From NCBI RefSeq assembly GCF_009914755.1, contig NC_060934.1: a DNA stretch of 64,000 bases, one strand, 5' to 3'. The notes under the pieces are model-generated. The model worked only from the letters and a program-made list of their open reading frames with translations. It was not told the DNA's origin and searched no databases. This document shows, piece by piece, positions 25,882 through 39,700 of this stretch. This DNA is from the human T2T-CHM13v2.0 reference genome, Homo sapiens. How positions within the stretch are numbered: the stretch's first letter is position 1; every line of letters begins with the position of its first letter. The position numbers were made by a program, and so were the translations under genes.

Positions 25882-28800
25882 GAATTCTCAGTCACTTCTT
25901 TGTGTTGTGTGTATTCAAGTCACAGAGTTGAACCTTCCTTTAGACAGAGCAGTTTTGAAAAATTCTTTCTGTGTAATTTGCAAGTGGAGATTTCAAGCGA
26001 TTTGAGGCTAATCTTTGAAATGGAAATATCTTCGTGTAAAAACTACACAGAATCATTCTCAGAAACTGCTTTGTCATCTGTGCGTTCAGTTCACAGAGTT
26101 TCACCTTTCTCTTCATAGAGCAGTTTGGAAAGACTCTGTCTGTAAAGTCTGCAAGTGATTAGTTAGACCCCTTTGAGGCCTTCGTTGGAAGCGGGATTTC
26201 TCATTTACTGCTAGACAGAAGAATTCTCAGTAAATCCTTTGTGTTGTGTGTATTCAACTCACAGAGTGGAACCTTCCTTTATTCAGAGCAGTTTTGAAAC
26301 AGTCTTTTTGTGGAATTTGCAAGTGGAGATTTCAAGCGATTTGACGCCAATCTTAGACATGGAAATATCTTCATATTAAAAGTACACAGAGTCATTCGTA
26401 GAAACTAGTTTGTGATGTGTGCCTTCAACTCACAGAGTTTAACCTTTCTTTTCATAGAGCAGTTGGGAAACACTCTATTTGTAAAGTCTGCAAGTGGATA
26501 TTTGGACCTCTTTGAGGCCTTCGTTGGAAACGGGATTTCTTCATATAACGCTAGACAGAAGAATTCTCAGTAACTTCTTTGTGTTGTGTGTATTCAACTC
26601 ACAGAGTTGAACCTTTCTTTAGAGGGAGCAGAGGTGAAACACTCTTTTTGTGGAATTTGCTAGTGTAGATTTCAAACGCTTCGAAGACAGTGATAGAAAA
26701 GGATATATCTTCGTATTAAAAGTAGACAAAATCATTCTCAGAAAACTCTTTGTGATGTGTGTGTTCAACTCACAGAGTTTAACCTTTCTTTAATCGAGCA
26801 GTTTGGAAATACACTCTTTGTAAGTCTGCAGGTGGATATTTGGCCCTCTTTGAGCCCTTCGTTGGAAACGGGATTTCCTCATATAATGCTAGACAGAAGA
26901 ATTCTCAGTAACTTCTTTGTGTTGTTTGTATTCAACACACAGATTTGAACCTTCCTTTAGAGAGAGCAGATTTGAAACACTCTGTTTTTGGAATTTGCAA
27001 GTGCAGATTTCAAGCGCTTCTAGGCCTATGGCAGTAAAGGAAATATCTTCGTATAAAAACTACACAGAATCATTCTCAACAACTACTTTGTGATGTGTGC
27101 GTTCAACTCACAGAGGTTAACCTTTCTTTTCATAGAGCAGTTTGGAAACACTCTGTTTGTAAAGCCTGCAAGTGCTTTTTTGGACTTCATTGAGGCCTTC
27201 GTTGGAAACGAGATTTCTTCATATAATGCTAGACAGAAGAATTCTCAGTCACTTCTTTGTGTTGTGTGTATTCAAGTCACAGAGTTGAACCTTCCTTTAG
27301 ACAGAGCAGTTTTGAAAAATTCTTTCTGTGGAGTTTGCAAGTGGAGATTTCAAGCGATTTGAGGCTAATCTTTGAAATGGAAATATCTTCGTGTAAAAAC
27401 TACACAGAATCATTCTCAGAAACTGCTTTGTCATCTGTGCGTTCAGTTCACAGAGTTTCACCTTTCTCTTCATAGAGCAGTTTGGAAAGACTCTGTCTGT
27501 AAGTCTGCAAGTGATTAGTTAGACCCCTTTGAGGCCTTCGTTGGAAGCGGGATTTCTCATTTACTGCTAGACAGAAGAATTCTCAGTAACTTCTTTGTGT
27601 TGTGTGTATTCAACTCACAGAGTTGAACCTTTCTTTAGAGAGAGCAGAGTTGAAACACTCTGTTTTTGGAATTTGCAAGTGCAGATTTGAAGCGATTCTA
27701 GGCCTATGGCAGAAAAGGAAATATCTTCGTATAAAAACTACACAGAATCATTCTCAACAACTACTTTGTGATGTGTGCGTTCAACTCACAGAGTTTAACC
27801 TTTCTTTTCATAGAGCAGTTTGGAAACACTCTGTTTGTAAAGCCTGCAAGTGCTTTTTTGGACTTCATTGAGGCCTTCGTTGGAAACGGGATTTCTTCAT
27901 ATAATGCTAGACAGAAGAATTCTCAGTCACTTCTTTGTGTTGTGTGTATTCAAGTCACAGAGTTGAACCTTCCTTTAGACAGAGCAGTTTTGAAAAATTC
28001 TTTCTGTGGAATTTGCAAGTGGAGATTTCAAGCGATTTGAGGCTAATCTTTGAAATGGAAATATCTTCGTGTGAAAACTACACAGAATCATTCTCAGAAA
28101 CTGCTTTGTCATCTGTGCGTTCAGTTCACAGAGTTTAACCTTTCTCTTCATAGAGCAGATTGGAAAGACTCTGTCTGTAAAGTCCGCAAGTGATTAGTTA
28201 GACCCCTTTGAGGCCTTCGTTGGAAGCGGGATTTCTCATTTACTGCTAGACAGAAGAATTCTCAGTAAATCCTTTGTGTTGTGTGTATTCAACTCACAGA
28301 GTGGAACCTTCCTTTATTCAGAGCAGTTTTGAAACACTCTTTTTGTGGAATTTGCAAGTGGAGATTTCAAGTGATTTGACGCCAATCTTAGACATGGAAA
28401 TATCTTCATATTAAAAGTACACAGAGTCATTCGTAGAAACTAGTTTGTGATGTGTGCCTTCAACTCACAGAGTTTAACCTTTCTTTTCATAGAGCAGTTG
28501 GGAAACACTCTATTTGTAATGTCTGCAAGTGGATATTTGGACCTCTTTGAGGCCTTCGTTGGAAACGGGATTTCTTCATATAACGCTAGACAGAAGAATT
28601 CTCAGTAACTTCTTTGTGTTGTGTGTATTCAACTCACAGAGTTGAACCTTTCTTTAGAGGGAGCAGAGGTGAAACACTCTTTTTGTGGAATTTGCTAGTG
28701 TAGATTTCAAACGCTTCGAAGACAGTGATAGAAAAGGATATATCTTCGTATTAAAAGTAGACAAAATCATTCTCAGAAAACTCTTTGTGATGTGTGTGTT

Positions 28801-31800
28801 CAACTCACAGAGTTTAACCTTTCTTTAATCGAGCAGTTTGGAAATACACTCTTTGTAAGTCTGCAGGTGGATATTTGGCCCTCTTTGAGCCCTTCGTTGG
28901 AAACGGGATTTCCTCATATAATGCTAGACAGAAGAATTCTCAGTAACTTCTTTGTGTTGTTTGTATTCAACACACAGATTTGAACCTTCCTTTAGAGAGA
29001 GCAGATTTGAAACATTCTGTTTTTGGAATTTGCAAGTGCAGATTTCAAGCGATTCTAGGCCTATGGCAGAAAAGGAAATATCTTCGTATAAAAACTACAC
29101 AGAATCATTCTCAACAACTACTTTGTGATGTGTGCGTTCAACTCACAGAGTTTAACCTTTCTTTTCATAGAGCAGTTTGGAAACACTCTGTTTGTAAAGC
29201 CTGCAAGTGTTTTTTGGACTTCATTGAGGCCTTCGTTGGAAACGGGATTTCTTCTTACAACGCTAGACAGAAGAATTCTCAGTAACTTCTTTGTGTTGTG
29301 TGTATTCAAGTCACAGAGTTGAACCTTCTTTTAGACAGAGCAGTTTTGAAAAATTCTTTATGTGGAATTTGCAAGTGGAGATTTCAAGCGATTTGAGGCT
29401 AATCTTTGAAATGGAAATATCTTCGTGTAAAAACTACACAGAATCATTCTCAGAAACTGCTTTGTTATCTGTGCGTTCAGTTCACAGAGTTTAACCTTTC
29501 TCTTCATAGAGCAGATTGGAAAGACTCTGTCTGTAAAGTCCGCAAGTGATTAGTTAGACCCCTTTGAGGCCTTCGTTGGAAGCGGGATTTCCCATTTACT
29601 GCTAGACAGAAGAATTCTCAGTAAATCCTTTGTGTTGTGTGTATTCAACTCACAGAGTGGAACCTTCCTTTATTCAGAGCACTTTTGAAAAACACTTTTT
29701 GTGGAATTTGCAAGTGGAGATTTCAAGCGATTTGAAGCCAATCTTAGACATGGAAATATCTTCATATTAAAAGTACACAGAGTCATTCGTAAAAACTAGT
29801 TTGTGATGTGTGCCTTCAACTCACAGAGTTTAACCTTTCTTTTCATAGAGCAGTTGGGAAACACTCTATTTGTAAAGTCTGCAAGTGGATATTTGGACCT
29901 CTTTGAGGCCTTCGTTGGAAACGGGATTTCTTCATACAACGCTAGACAGAAGAATTCTCAGTAACTTCTTTGTGTTGTGTGTATTCAACTCACAGAGTTG
30001 AACCTTTCTTGAGAGAGAACAGAGTTGAAACACTCTGTTTTTGGAATTTGCAAGTGCAGATTTCAAGCGATTCTAGGCCTATGGCAGAAAAGGAAATATC
30101 TTCGTATAAAAACTACACAGAATCATTCTCAACAACTACTTTGTGATGTGTGCGTTCAACTCACAGAGTTTAGCCTTTCTTTTCATAGAGCAGTTTGGAA
30201 ACACTCTGTTTGTAAAGCCTGTAAGTGCTTTTTTGGACTTCATTGAGGCCTTCGTTGGAAACGGGATTTCTTCATATAATGCTAGACAGAAGAATTCTCA
30301 GTCACTTCTTTGTGTTGTGTGTATTCAAGTCACAGAGTTGAACCTTCCTTTAGACAGAGCAGTTTTGAAAAATTCTTTCTGTGTAATTTGCAAGTGGAGA
30401 TTTCAAGCGATTTGAGGCTAATCTTTGAAATGGAAATATCTTCGTGTAAAAACTACACAGAATCATTCTCAGAAACTGCTTTGTCATCTGTGCGTTCAGT
30501 TCACAGAGTTTCACCTTTCTCTTCATAGAGCAGTTTGGAAAGACTCTGTCTGTAAAGTCTGCAAGTGATTAGTTAGACCCCTTTGAGGCCTTCGTTGGAA
30601 GCGGGATTTCTCATTTACTGCTAGACAGAAGAATTCTCAGTAAATCCTTTGTGTTGTGTGTATTCAACTCACAGAGTGGAACCTTCCTTTATTCAGAGCA
30701 GTTTTGAAACAGTCTTTTTGTGGAATTTGCAAGTGGAGATTTCAAGCGATTTGACGCCAATCTTAGACATGGAAATATCTTCATATTAAAAGTACACAGA
30801 GTCATTCGTAGAAACTAGTTTGTGATGTGTGCCTTCAACTCACAGAGTTTAACCTTTCTTTTCATAGAGCAGTTGGGAAACACTATATTTGTAAAGTCTG
30901 CAAGTGGATATTTGGACCTCTTTGAGGCCTTCGTTGGAAACGGGATTTCTTCATATAACGCTAGACAGAAGAATTCTCAGTAACTTCTTTGTGTTGTGTG
31001 TATTCAACTCACAGAGTTGAACCTTTCTTTAGAGGGAGCAGAGGTGAAACACTCTTTTTGTGGAATTTGCTAGTGTAGATTTCAAACGCTTCGAAGACAG
31101 TGATAGAAAAGGATATATCTTCGTATTAAAAGTAGACAAAATCATTCTCAGAAAACTCTTTGTGATGTGTGTGTTCAACTCACAGAGTTTAACCTTTCTT
31201 TAATCGAGCAGTTTGGAAATACACTCTTTGTAAGTCTGCAGGTGGATATTTGGCCCTCTTTGAGCCCTTCGTTGGAAACGGGATTTCCTCATATAATGCT
31301 AGACAGAAGAATTCTCAGTAACTTCTTTGTGTTGTTTGTATTCAACACACAGATTTGAACCTTCCTTTAGAGAGAGCAGATTTGAAACACTCTGTTTTTG
31401 GAATTTGCAAGTGCAGATTTCAAGCGCTTCTAGGCCTATGGCAGTAAAGGAAATATCTTCGTATAAAAACTACACAGAATCATTCTCAACAACTACTTTG
31501 TGATGTGTGCGTTCAACTCACAGAGGTTAACCTTTCTTTTCATAGAGCAGTTTGGAAACACTCTGTTTGTAAAGCCTGCAAGTGCTTTTTTGGACTTCAT
31601 TGAGGCCTTCGTTGGAAACGAGATTTCTTCATATAATGCTAGACAGAAGAATTCTCAGTCACTTCTTTGTGTTGTGTGTATTCAAGTCACAGAGTTGAAC
31701 CTTCCTTTAGACAGAGCAGTTTTGAAAAATTCTTTCTGTGGAGTTTGCAAGTGGAGATTTCAAGCGATTTGAGGCTAATCTTTGAAATGGAAATATCTTC

Positions 31801-34701
31801 GTGTAAAAACTACACAGAATCATTCTCAGAAACTGCTTTGTCATCTGTGCGTTCAGTTCACAGAGTTTCACCTTTCTCTTCATAGAGCAGTTTGGAAAGA
31901 CTCTGTCTGTAAGTCTGCAAGTGATTAGTTAGACCCCTTTGAGGCCTTCGTTGGAAGCGGGATTTCTCATTTACTGCTAGACAGAAGAATTCTCAGTAAC
32001 TTCTTTGTGTTGTGTGTATTCAACTCACAGAGTTGAACCTTTCTTTAGAGAGAGCAGAGTTGAAACACTCTGTTTTTGGAATTTGCAAGTGCAGATTTGA
32101 AGCGATTCTAGGCCTATGGCAGAAAAGGAAATATCTTTGTATAAAAACTACACAGAATCATTCTCAACAACTACTTTGTGATGTGTGCGTTCAACTCACA
32201 GAGTTTAACCTTTCTTTTCATAGAGCAGTTTGGAAACACTCTGTTTGTAAAGCCTGCAAGTGCTTTTTTGGACTTCATTGAGGCCTTCGTTGGAAACGGG
32301 ATTTCTTCATATAATGCTAGACAGAAGAATTCTCAGTCACTTCTTTGTGTTGTGTGTATTCAAGTCACAGAGTTGAACCTTCCTTTAGACAGAGCAGTTT
32401 TGAAAAATTCTTTCTGTGGAATTTGCAAGTGGAGATTTCAAGCGATTTGAGGCTAATCTTTGAAATGGAAATATCTTCGTGTAAAAACTACACAGAATCA
32501 TTCTCAGAAACTGCTTTGTCATCTGTGCGTTCAGTTCACAGAGTTTAACCTTTCTCTTCATAGAGCAGATTGGAAAGACTCTGTCTGTAAAGTCCGCAAG
32601 TGATTAGTTAGACCCCTTTGAGGCCTTCGTTGGAAGCGGGATTTCTCATTTACTGCTAGACAGAAGAATTCTCAGTAAATCCTTTGTGTTGTGTGTATTC
32701 AACTCACAGAGTGGAACCTTCCTTTATTCAGAGCAGTTTTGAAACACTCTTTTTGTGGAATTTGCAAGTGGAGATTTCAAGTGATTTGACGCCAATCTTA
32801 GACATGGAAATATCTTCATATTAAAAGTACACAGAGTCATTCGTAGAAACTAGTTTGTGATGTGTGCCTTCAACTCACAGAGTTTAACCTTTCTTTTCAT
32901 AGAGCAGTTGGGAAACACTCTATTTGTAAAGTCTGCAAGTGGATATTTGGACCTCTTTGAGGCCTTCGTTGGAAACGGGATTTCTTCATATAACGCTAGA
33001 CAGAAGAATTCTCAGTAACTTCTTTGTGTTGTGTGTATTCAACTCACAGAGTTGAACCTTTCTTTAGAGGGAGCAGAGGTGAAACACTCTTTTTGTGGAA
33101 TTTGCTAGTGTAGATTTCAAACGCTTCGAAGACAGTGATAGAAAAGGATATATCTTCGTATTAAAAGTAGACAAAATCATTCTCAGAAAACTCTTTGTGA
33201 TGTGTGTGTTCAACTCACAGAGTTTAACCTTTCTTTAATCGAGCAGTTTGGAAATACACTCTTTGTAAGTCTGCAGGTGGATATTTGGCCCTCTTTGAGC
33301 CCTTCGTTGGAAACGGGATTTCCTCATATAATGCTAGACAGAAGAATTCTCAGTAACTTCTTTGTGTTGTTTGTATTCAACACACAGATTTGAACCTTCC
33401 TTTAGAGAGAGCAGATTTGAAACATTCTGTTTTTGGAATTTGCAAGTGCAGATTTCAAGCGATTCTAGGCCTATGGCAGAAAAGGAAATATCTTCGTATA
33501 AAAACTACACAGAATCATTCTCAACAACTACTTTGTGATGTGTGCGTTCAACTCACAGAGTTTAACCTTTCTTTTCATAGAGCAGTTTGGAAACACTCTG
33601 TTTGTAAAGCCTGCAAGTGTTTTTTGGACTTCATTGAGGCCTTCGTTGGAAACGGGATTTCTTCTTACAACGCTAGACAGAAGAATTCTCAGTAACTTCT
33701 TTGTGTTGTGTGTATTCAAGTCACAGAGTTGAACCTTCTTTTAGACAGAGCAGTTTTGAAAAATTCTTTATGTGGAATTTGCAAGTGGAGATTTCAAGCG
33801 ATTTGAGGCTAATCTTTGAAATGGAAATATCTTCGTGTAAAAACTACACAGAATCATTCTCAGAAACTGCTTTGTTATCTGTGCGTTCAGTTCACAGAGT
33901 TTAACCTTTCTCTTCATAGAGCAGATTGGAAAGACTCTGTCTGTAAAGTCCGCAAGTGATTAGTTAGACCCCTTTGAGGCCTTCGTTGGAAGCGGGATTT
34001 CCCATTTACTGCTAGACAGAAGAATTCTCAGTAAATCCTTTGTGTTGTGTGTATTCAACTCACAGAGTGGAACCTTCCTTTATTCAGAGCACTTTTGAAA
34101 AACACTTTTTGTGGAATTTGCAAGTGGAGATTTCAAGCGATTTGAAGCCAATCTTAGACATGGAAATATCTTCATATTAAAAGTACACAGAGTCATTCGT
34201 AAAAACTAGTTTGTGATGTGTGCCTTCAACTCACAGAGTTTAACCTTTCTTTTCATAGAGCAGTTGGGAAACACTCTATTTGTAAAGTCTGCAAGTGGAT
34301 ATTTGGACCTCTTTGAGGCCTTCGTTGGAAACGGGATTTCTTCATACAACGCTAGACAGAAGAATTCTCAGTAACTTCTTTGTGTTGTGTGTATTCAACT
34401 CACAGAGTTGAACCTTTCTTGAGAGAGAACAGAGTTGAAACACTCTGTTTTTGGAATTTGCAAGTGCAGATTTCAAGCGATTCTAGGCCTATGGCAGAAA
34501 AGGAAATATCTTCGTATAAAAACTACACAGAATCATTCTCAACAACTACTTTGTGATGTGTGCGTTGAACTCACAGAGTTTAGCCTTTCTTTTCATAGAG
34601 CAGTTTGGAAACACTCTGTTTGTAAAGCCTGTAAGTGCTTTTTTGGACTTCATTGAGGCCTTCGTTGGAAACGGGATTTCTTCATATAATGCTAGACAGA
34701 A
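25882..34701 (+). repeat. Tandem duplication of a 4410-bp (26-monomer) unit
   Basis: Private variants pair at exactly 4410 bp: gcagtaaagg 27031/31441, AACGAGA box 27197/31607, 1-bp-deleted A 28934/33344, tagcctttct 30171/34581. The ORF track repeats with the same offset. Confidence 0.95.
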
Positions 34702-36399
34702 GAATTCTCAGTCACTTCTTTGTGTTGTGTGTATTCAAGTCACAGAGTTGAACCTTCCTTTAGACAGAGCAGTTTTGAAAAATTCTTTCTGTGGAATTTG
34801 CAAGTGGAGATTTCAAGCGATTTGAGGCTAATCTTTGAAATGGAAATATCTTCGTGTAAAAACTACACAGAATCATTCTCAGAAACTGCTTTGTCATCTG
34901 TGCGTTCAGTTCACAGAGTTTCACCTTTCTCTTCATAGAGCAGTTTGGAAAGACTCTGTCTGTAAAGTCTGCAAGTGATTAGTTAGAACCCTTTGAGGCC
35001 TTCGTTGGAAGCGGGATTTCTCATTTACTGCTAGACAGAAGAATTCTCAGTAAATCCTTTGTGTTGTGTGTATTCAACTCACAGAGTGGAACCTTCCTTT
35101 ATTCAGAGCAGTTTTGAAACACTCTTTTTGTGGAATTTGCAAGTGGAGATTTCAAGCGATTTGATGCCAATCTTAGACATGGAAATATCTTCATATTAAA
35201 AGTACGCAGAGTCATTCGTAGAAACTAGTTTGTGATGTGTGCCTTCAACTCACAGAGTTTAACCTTTCTTTTAATAGAGCAGTTGGGAAACACTCTATTT
35301 GTAAAGTCTGCAAGTGGATATTTGGACCTCTTTGAGGCCTTCGTTGGAAACGGGATTTCTTCATACAACGCTAGACAGAAGAATTCTCAGTAACTTCTTT
35401 GTGTTGTGTGTATTCAACTCACAGAGTTGAACCTTTCTTGAGAGAGAACAGAGTTGAAACACTCTGTTTTTGGAATTTGCAAGTGCAGATTTCAAGCGAT
35501 TCTAGGCCTATGGCAGAAAAGGAAATATCTTCGTATAAAAACTACACAGAATCATTCTCAACAACTACTTTGTGATGTGTGCGTTGAACTCACAGAGTTT
35601 AGCCTTTCTTTTCATAGAGCAGTTTGGAAACACTCTGTTTGTAAAGCCTGTAAGTGCTTTTTTGGACTTCATTGAGGCCTTCGTTGGAAACGGGATTTCT
35701 TCATATAATGCTAGACAGAAGAATTCTCAGTCACTTCTTTGTGTTGTGTGTATTCAAGTCACAGAGTTGAACCTTCCTTTAGACAGAGCAGTTTTGAAAA
35801 ATTCTTTCTGTGGAATTTGCAAGTGGAGATTTCAAGCGATTTGAGGCTAATCTTTGAAATGGAAATATCTTCGTGTAAAAACTACACAGAATCATTCTCA
35901 GAAACTGCTTTGTCATCTGTGCGTTCAGTTCACAGAGTTTCACCTTTCTCTTCATAGAGCAGTTTGGAAAGACTCTGTCTGTAAAGTCTGCAAGTGATTA
36001 GTTAGAACCCTTTGAGGCCTTCGTTGGAAGCGGGATTTCTCATTTACTGCTAGACAGAAGAATTCTCAGTAAATCCTTTGTGTTGTGTGTATTCAACTCA
36101 CAGAGTGGAACCTTCCTTTATTCAGAGCAGTTTTGAAACACTCTTTTTGTGGAATTTGCAAGTGGAGATTTCAAGCGATTTGATGCCAATCTTAGACATG
36201 GAAATATCTTCATATTAAAAGTACGCAGAGTCATTCGTAGAAACTAGTTTGTGATGTGTGCCTTCAACTCACAGAGTTTAACCTTTCTTTTAATAGAGCA
36301 GTTGGGAAACACTCTATTTGTAAAGTCTGCAAGTGGATACTTGGACCTCTTTGAGGCCTTCGTTGGAAACGGGATTTCTTCATATAACACTAGACAGAA
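34362..36399 (+). repeat. Tandem duplication of a 6-mer (1019-bp offset)
   Basis: Both copies share ttcttgagagagaac, gcgttgaact, ttagcc, cctgtaag, tagaaccc, tgatgcc, gtacgc and ttttaat. Confidence 0.92.
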
Positions 36400-36737
36400 G
36401 AATTCTCAGTAACTTCTTTGGGTTGTGTGTATTCAACTCACAGAGTTGAACCTTTCTTTATAGGGAGCAGAGGTGAAACAGTCTTTTTGTGGAATTTGCT
36501 AGTGTAGATTTCAAACGCTTCGAAGTCAGTGATAGAAAAGGATATATCTTCGTAGTAAAAGTCGACAAAATCATTCTCAGAAAACTCTTTGTGATGTGTG
36601 TGTTCAACTCACAGAGTTTAACCTTTCTTTAATCGAGCAGTTTGGAAATACACTCTTTGTAAGTCTGCAGGTGGATATTTGGCCCTCTTTGAGCCCTTCT
36701 TTGGAAACGGGATTTCCTCTTATAATGCTTGACAGAA

Positions 36738-39700
36738 GAATTCTCAGTAACTTCTCTGTGTTGTTTGTATTCAACACACAGATTTGAACCTTCCTTTAGA
36801 GAGAGCAGATTTGAAACACTCTGTTTTTGGAATTTGCAAGTGCAGATTTCAAGCGCTTTTAGGCCTATGGCAGAAAAGGAAATATCTTCGTATAAAAACT
36901 ACACAGAATCATTCTCAACAACTACTTTGTGATGTGTGCGTTCAACTCACAGAGTTTAAACTTTCTTTTCATAGAGCAGTTTGGAAACACTCTGTTTGTA
37001 AAGCCTGCAAGTGCTTTTTTGGACTTCATTGAGGCCTTCGTTGGAAACGGGATTTCTTCATGTAATGCTAGACAGAAGAATTCTCAGTCACTTCTTTGTG
37101 TTGTGTGTATTCAAGTCACAGAGTTGAACCTTCCTTTAGACAGAGCAGTTTTGAAAAATTGTTTCTGTGGAGTTTGCAAGTGGAGATTTCAAGCGATTTG
37201 AGGCTAATCTTTGAAATGGAAATATCTTCGTGTAAAAACTACACAGAAGCATTCTCAGAAACTGCTTTGTCATCTGTGCGTTCAGTTCACAGAGTTTCAC
37301 CTTTCTCTTCATAGAGCAGTTTGGAAAGACTCTGTCTGTAAAGTCTGCAAGTGATTAGTTAGACCCCTTTGACGCCTTCGTTGGAAGCGGGATTTCTCAT
37401 TTACTGCTTGACAGAAGAATTCTCAGTAAATCCTTTGTGTTGTGTGTATTCAACTCACAGAGTGGAACCTTCCTTTATTCAGAGCAGTTTTGAAAAACCC
37501 TTTTTGTGGAATTTCCAAGTGGAGATTTCAAGCGATTTGACGCCAATCTTAGACATGGAAATATCTTCATATTAAAAGTACACAGAGTCATTCGTAGAAA
37601 CTAGTTTGTGATGTGTGCCTTCAACTCACAGAGTTTAACCTTTCTTTTCATAGAGCAGTTTGGAAACACTCTATTTGTAAAGTCTGCAAGTGGATATTTG
37701 GACCTCTTTGAGGCCTTCGTTGGAAACGGGATTTCTTCATACAACGCTAGACAGAAGAATTCTCAGTAACTTCTTTGTGTTGTGTGTATTCAACTCACAG
37801 AGTTGAACCTTTCTTTAGAGAGAGCAGAGTTGAAACACTCTGTTTTTGGAATTTGCAAGTGCAGATTTCAAGCGCTTCTAGGCCTATGGCAGAAAAGGAA
37901 ATATCTTCGTATAAAAACTACACAGAATCATTCTCAACAACTACTTTGTGATGTGTGCGTTCAACTCACAAAGTTTAACCTTTCTTTTCATAGAGCAGTT
38001 TGGAAACACTCTGTTTGTAAAGCCTGCAAGTGCTTTTTTGGACTTCATTGAGGCCTTCGTTGGAAACGGGATTTCTTCATATAATGCTAGACAGAAGAAT
38101 TCTCAGTCACTTCTTTGTGTTGTGTGTATTCAAGTCACAGAGTTGAACCTTCCTTTAGACAGAGCAGTTTTGAAAAATTCTTTCTGTGTAATTTGCAAGT
38201 GGAGATTTCAAGCGATTTGAGGCTAATCTTTGAAATGGAAATATCTTCGTGTAAAAACTGCACAGAATCATTCTCAGAAACTGCTTTGTCATCTGTGCGT
38301 TCAGTTCACAGAGTTTCACCTTTCTCTTCATAGAGCAGTTTGGAAAGACTCTGTCTGTAAAGTCTGCAAGTGATTAGTTAGAACCCTTTGAGGCCTTCGT
38401 TGGAAGCGGGATTTCTCATTTACTGCTAGACAGAAGAATTCTCAGTAAATCCTTTGTGTTGTGTGTATTCAACTCACAGAGTGGAACCTTCCTTTATTCA
38501 GAGCAGTTTTGAAACACTCTTTTTGTGGAATTTGCAAGTGGAGATTTCAAGCGATTTGATGCCAATCTTAGACATGGAAATATCTTCATATTAAAAGTAC
38601 GCAGAGTCATTCGTAGAAACTAGTTTGTGATGTGTGCCTTCAACTCACAGAGTTTAACCTTTCTTTTAATAGAGCAGTTGGGAAACACTCTATTTGTAAA
38701 GTCTGCAAGTGGATACTTGGACCTCTTTGAGGCCTTCGTTGGAAACGGGATTTCTTCATATAACACTAGACAGAAGAATTCTCAGTAACTTCTTTGGGTT
38801 GTGTGTATTCAACTCACAGAGTTGAACCTTTCTTTAGAGGGAGCAGAGGTGAAACACTCTTTTTGTGGAATTTGCTAGTGTAGATTTCAAACGCTTCGAA
38901 GACAGTGATAGAAAAGGATATATCTTCGTATTAAAAGTAGACAAAATCATTCTCAGAAAACTCTTTGTGATGTGTGTGTTCAACTCACAGAGTTTAACCT
39001 TTCTTTAATCGAGCAGTTTGGAAATACACTCTTTGTAAGTCTGCAGGTGCATATTTGGCCCTCTTTGAGCCCTTCGTTGGAAACGGGATTTCCTCATATA
39101 ATGCTAGACAGAAGAATTCTCAGTAACTTCTCTGTGTTGTTTGTATTCAACACACAGATTTGAACCTTCCTTTAGAGAGAGCAGATTTGAAACACTCTGT
39201 TTTTGGAATTTGCAAGTGCAGATTTCAAGCGCTTTTAGGCCTATGGCAGAAAAGGAAATATCTTCGTATAAAAACTACACAGAATCATTCTCAACAACTA
39301 CTTTGTGATGTGTGCGTTCAACTCACAGAGTTTAAACTTTCTTTTCATAGAGCAGTTTGGAAACACTCTGTTTGTAAAGCCTGCAAGTGCTTTTTTGGAC
39401 TTCATTGAGGCCTTCGTTGGAAACGGGATTTCTTCATGTAATGCTAGACAGAAGAATTCTCAGTCACTTCTTTGTGTTGTGTGTATTCAAGTCACAGAGT
39501 TGAACCTTCCTTTAGACAGAGCAGTTTTGAAAAATTGTTTCTGTGGAGTTTGCAAGTGGAGATTTCAAGCGATTTGAGGCTAATCTTTGAAATGGAAATA
39601 TCTTCGTGTAAAAACTACACAGAAGCATTCTCAGAAACTGCTTTGTCATCTGTGCGTTCAGTTCACAGAGTTTCACCTTTCTCTTCATAGAGCAGTTTGG

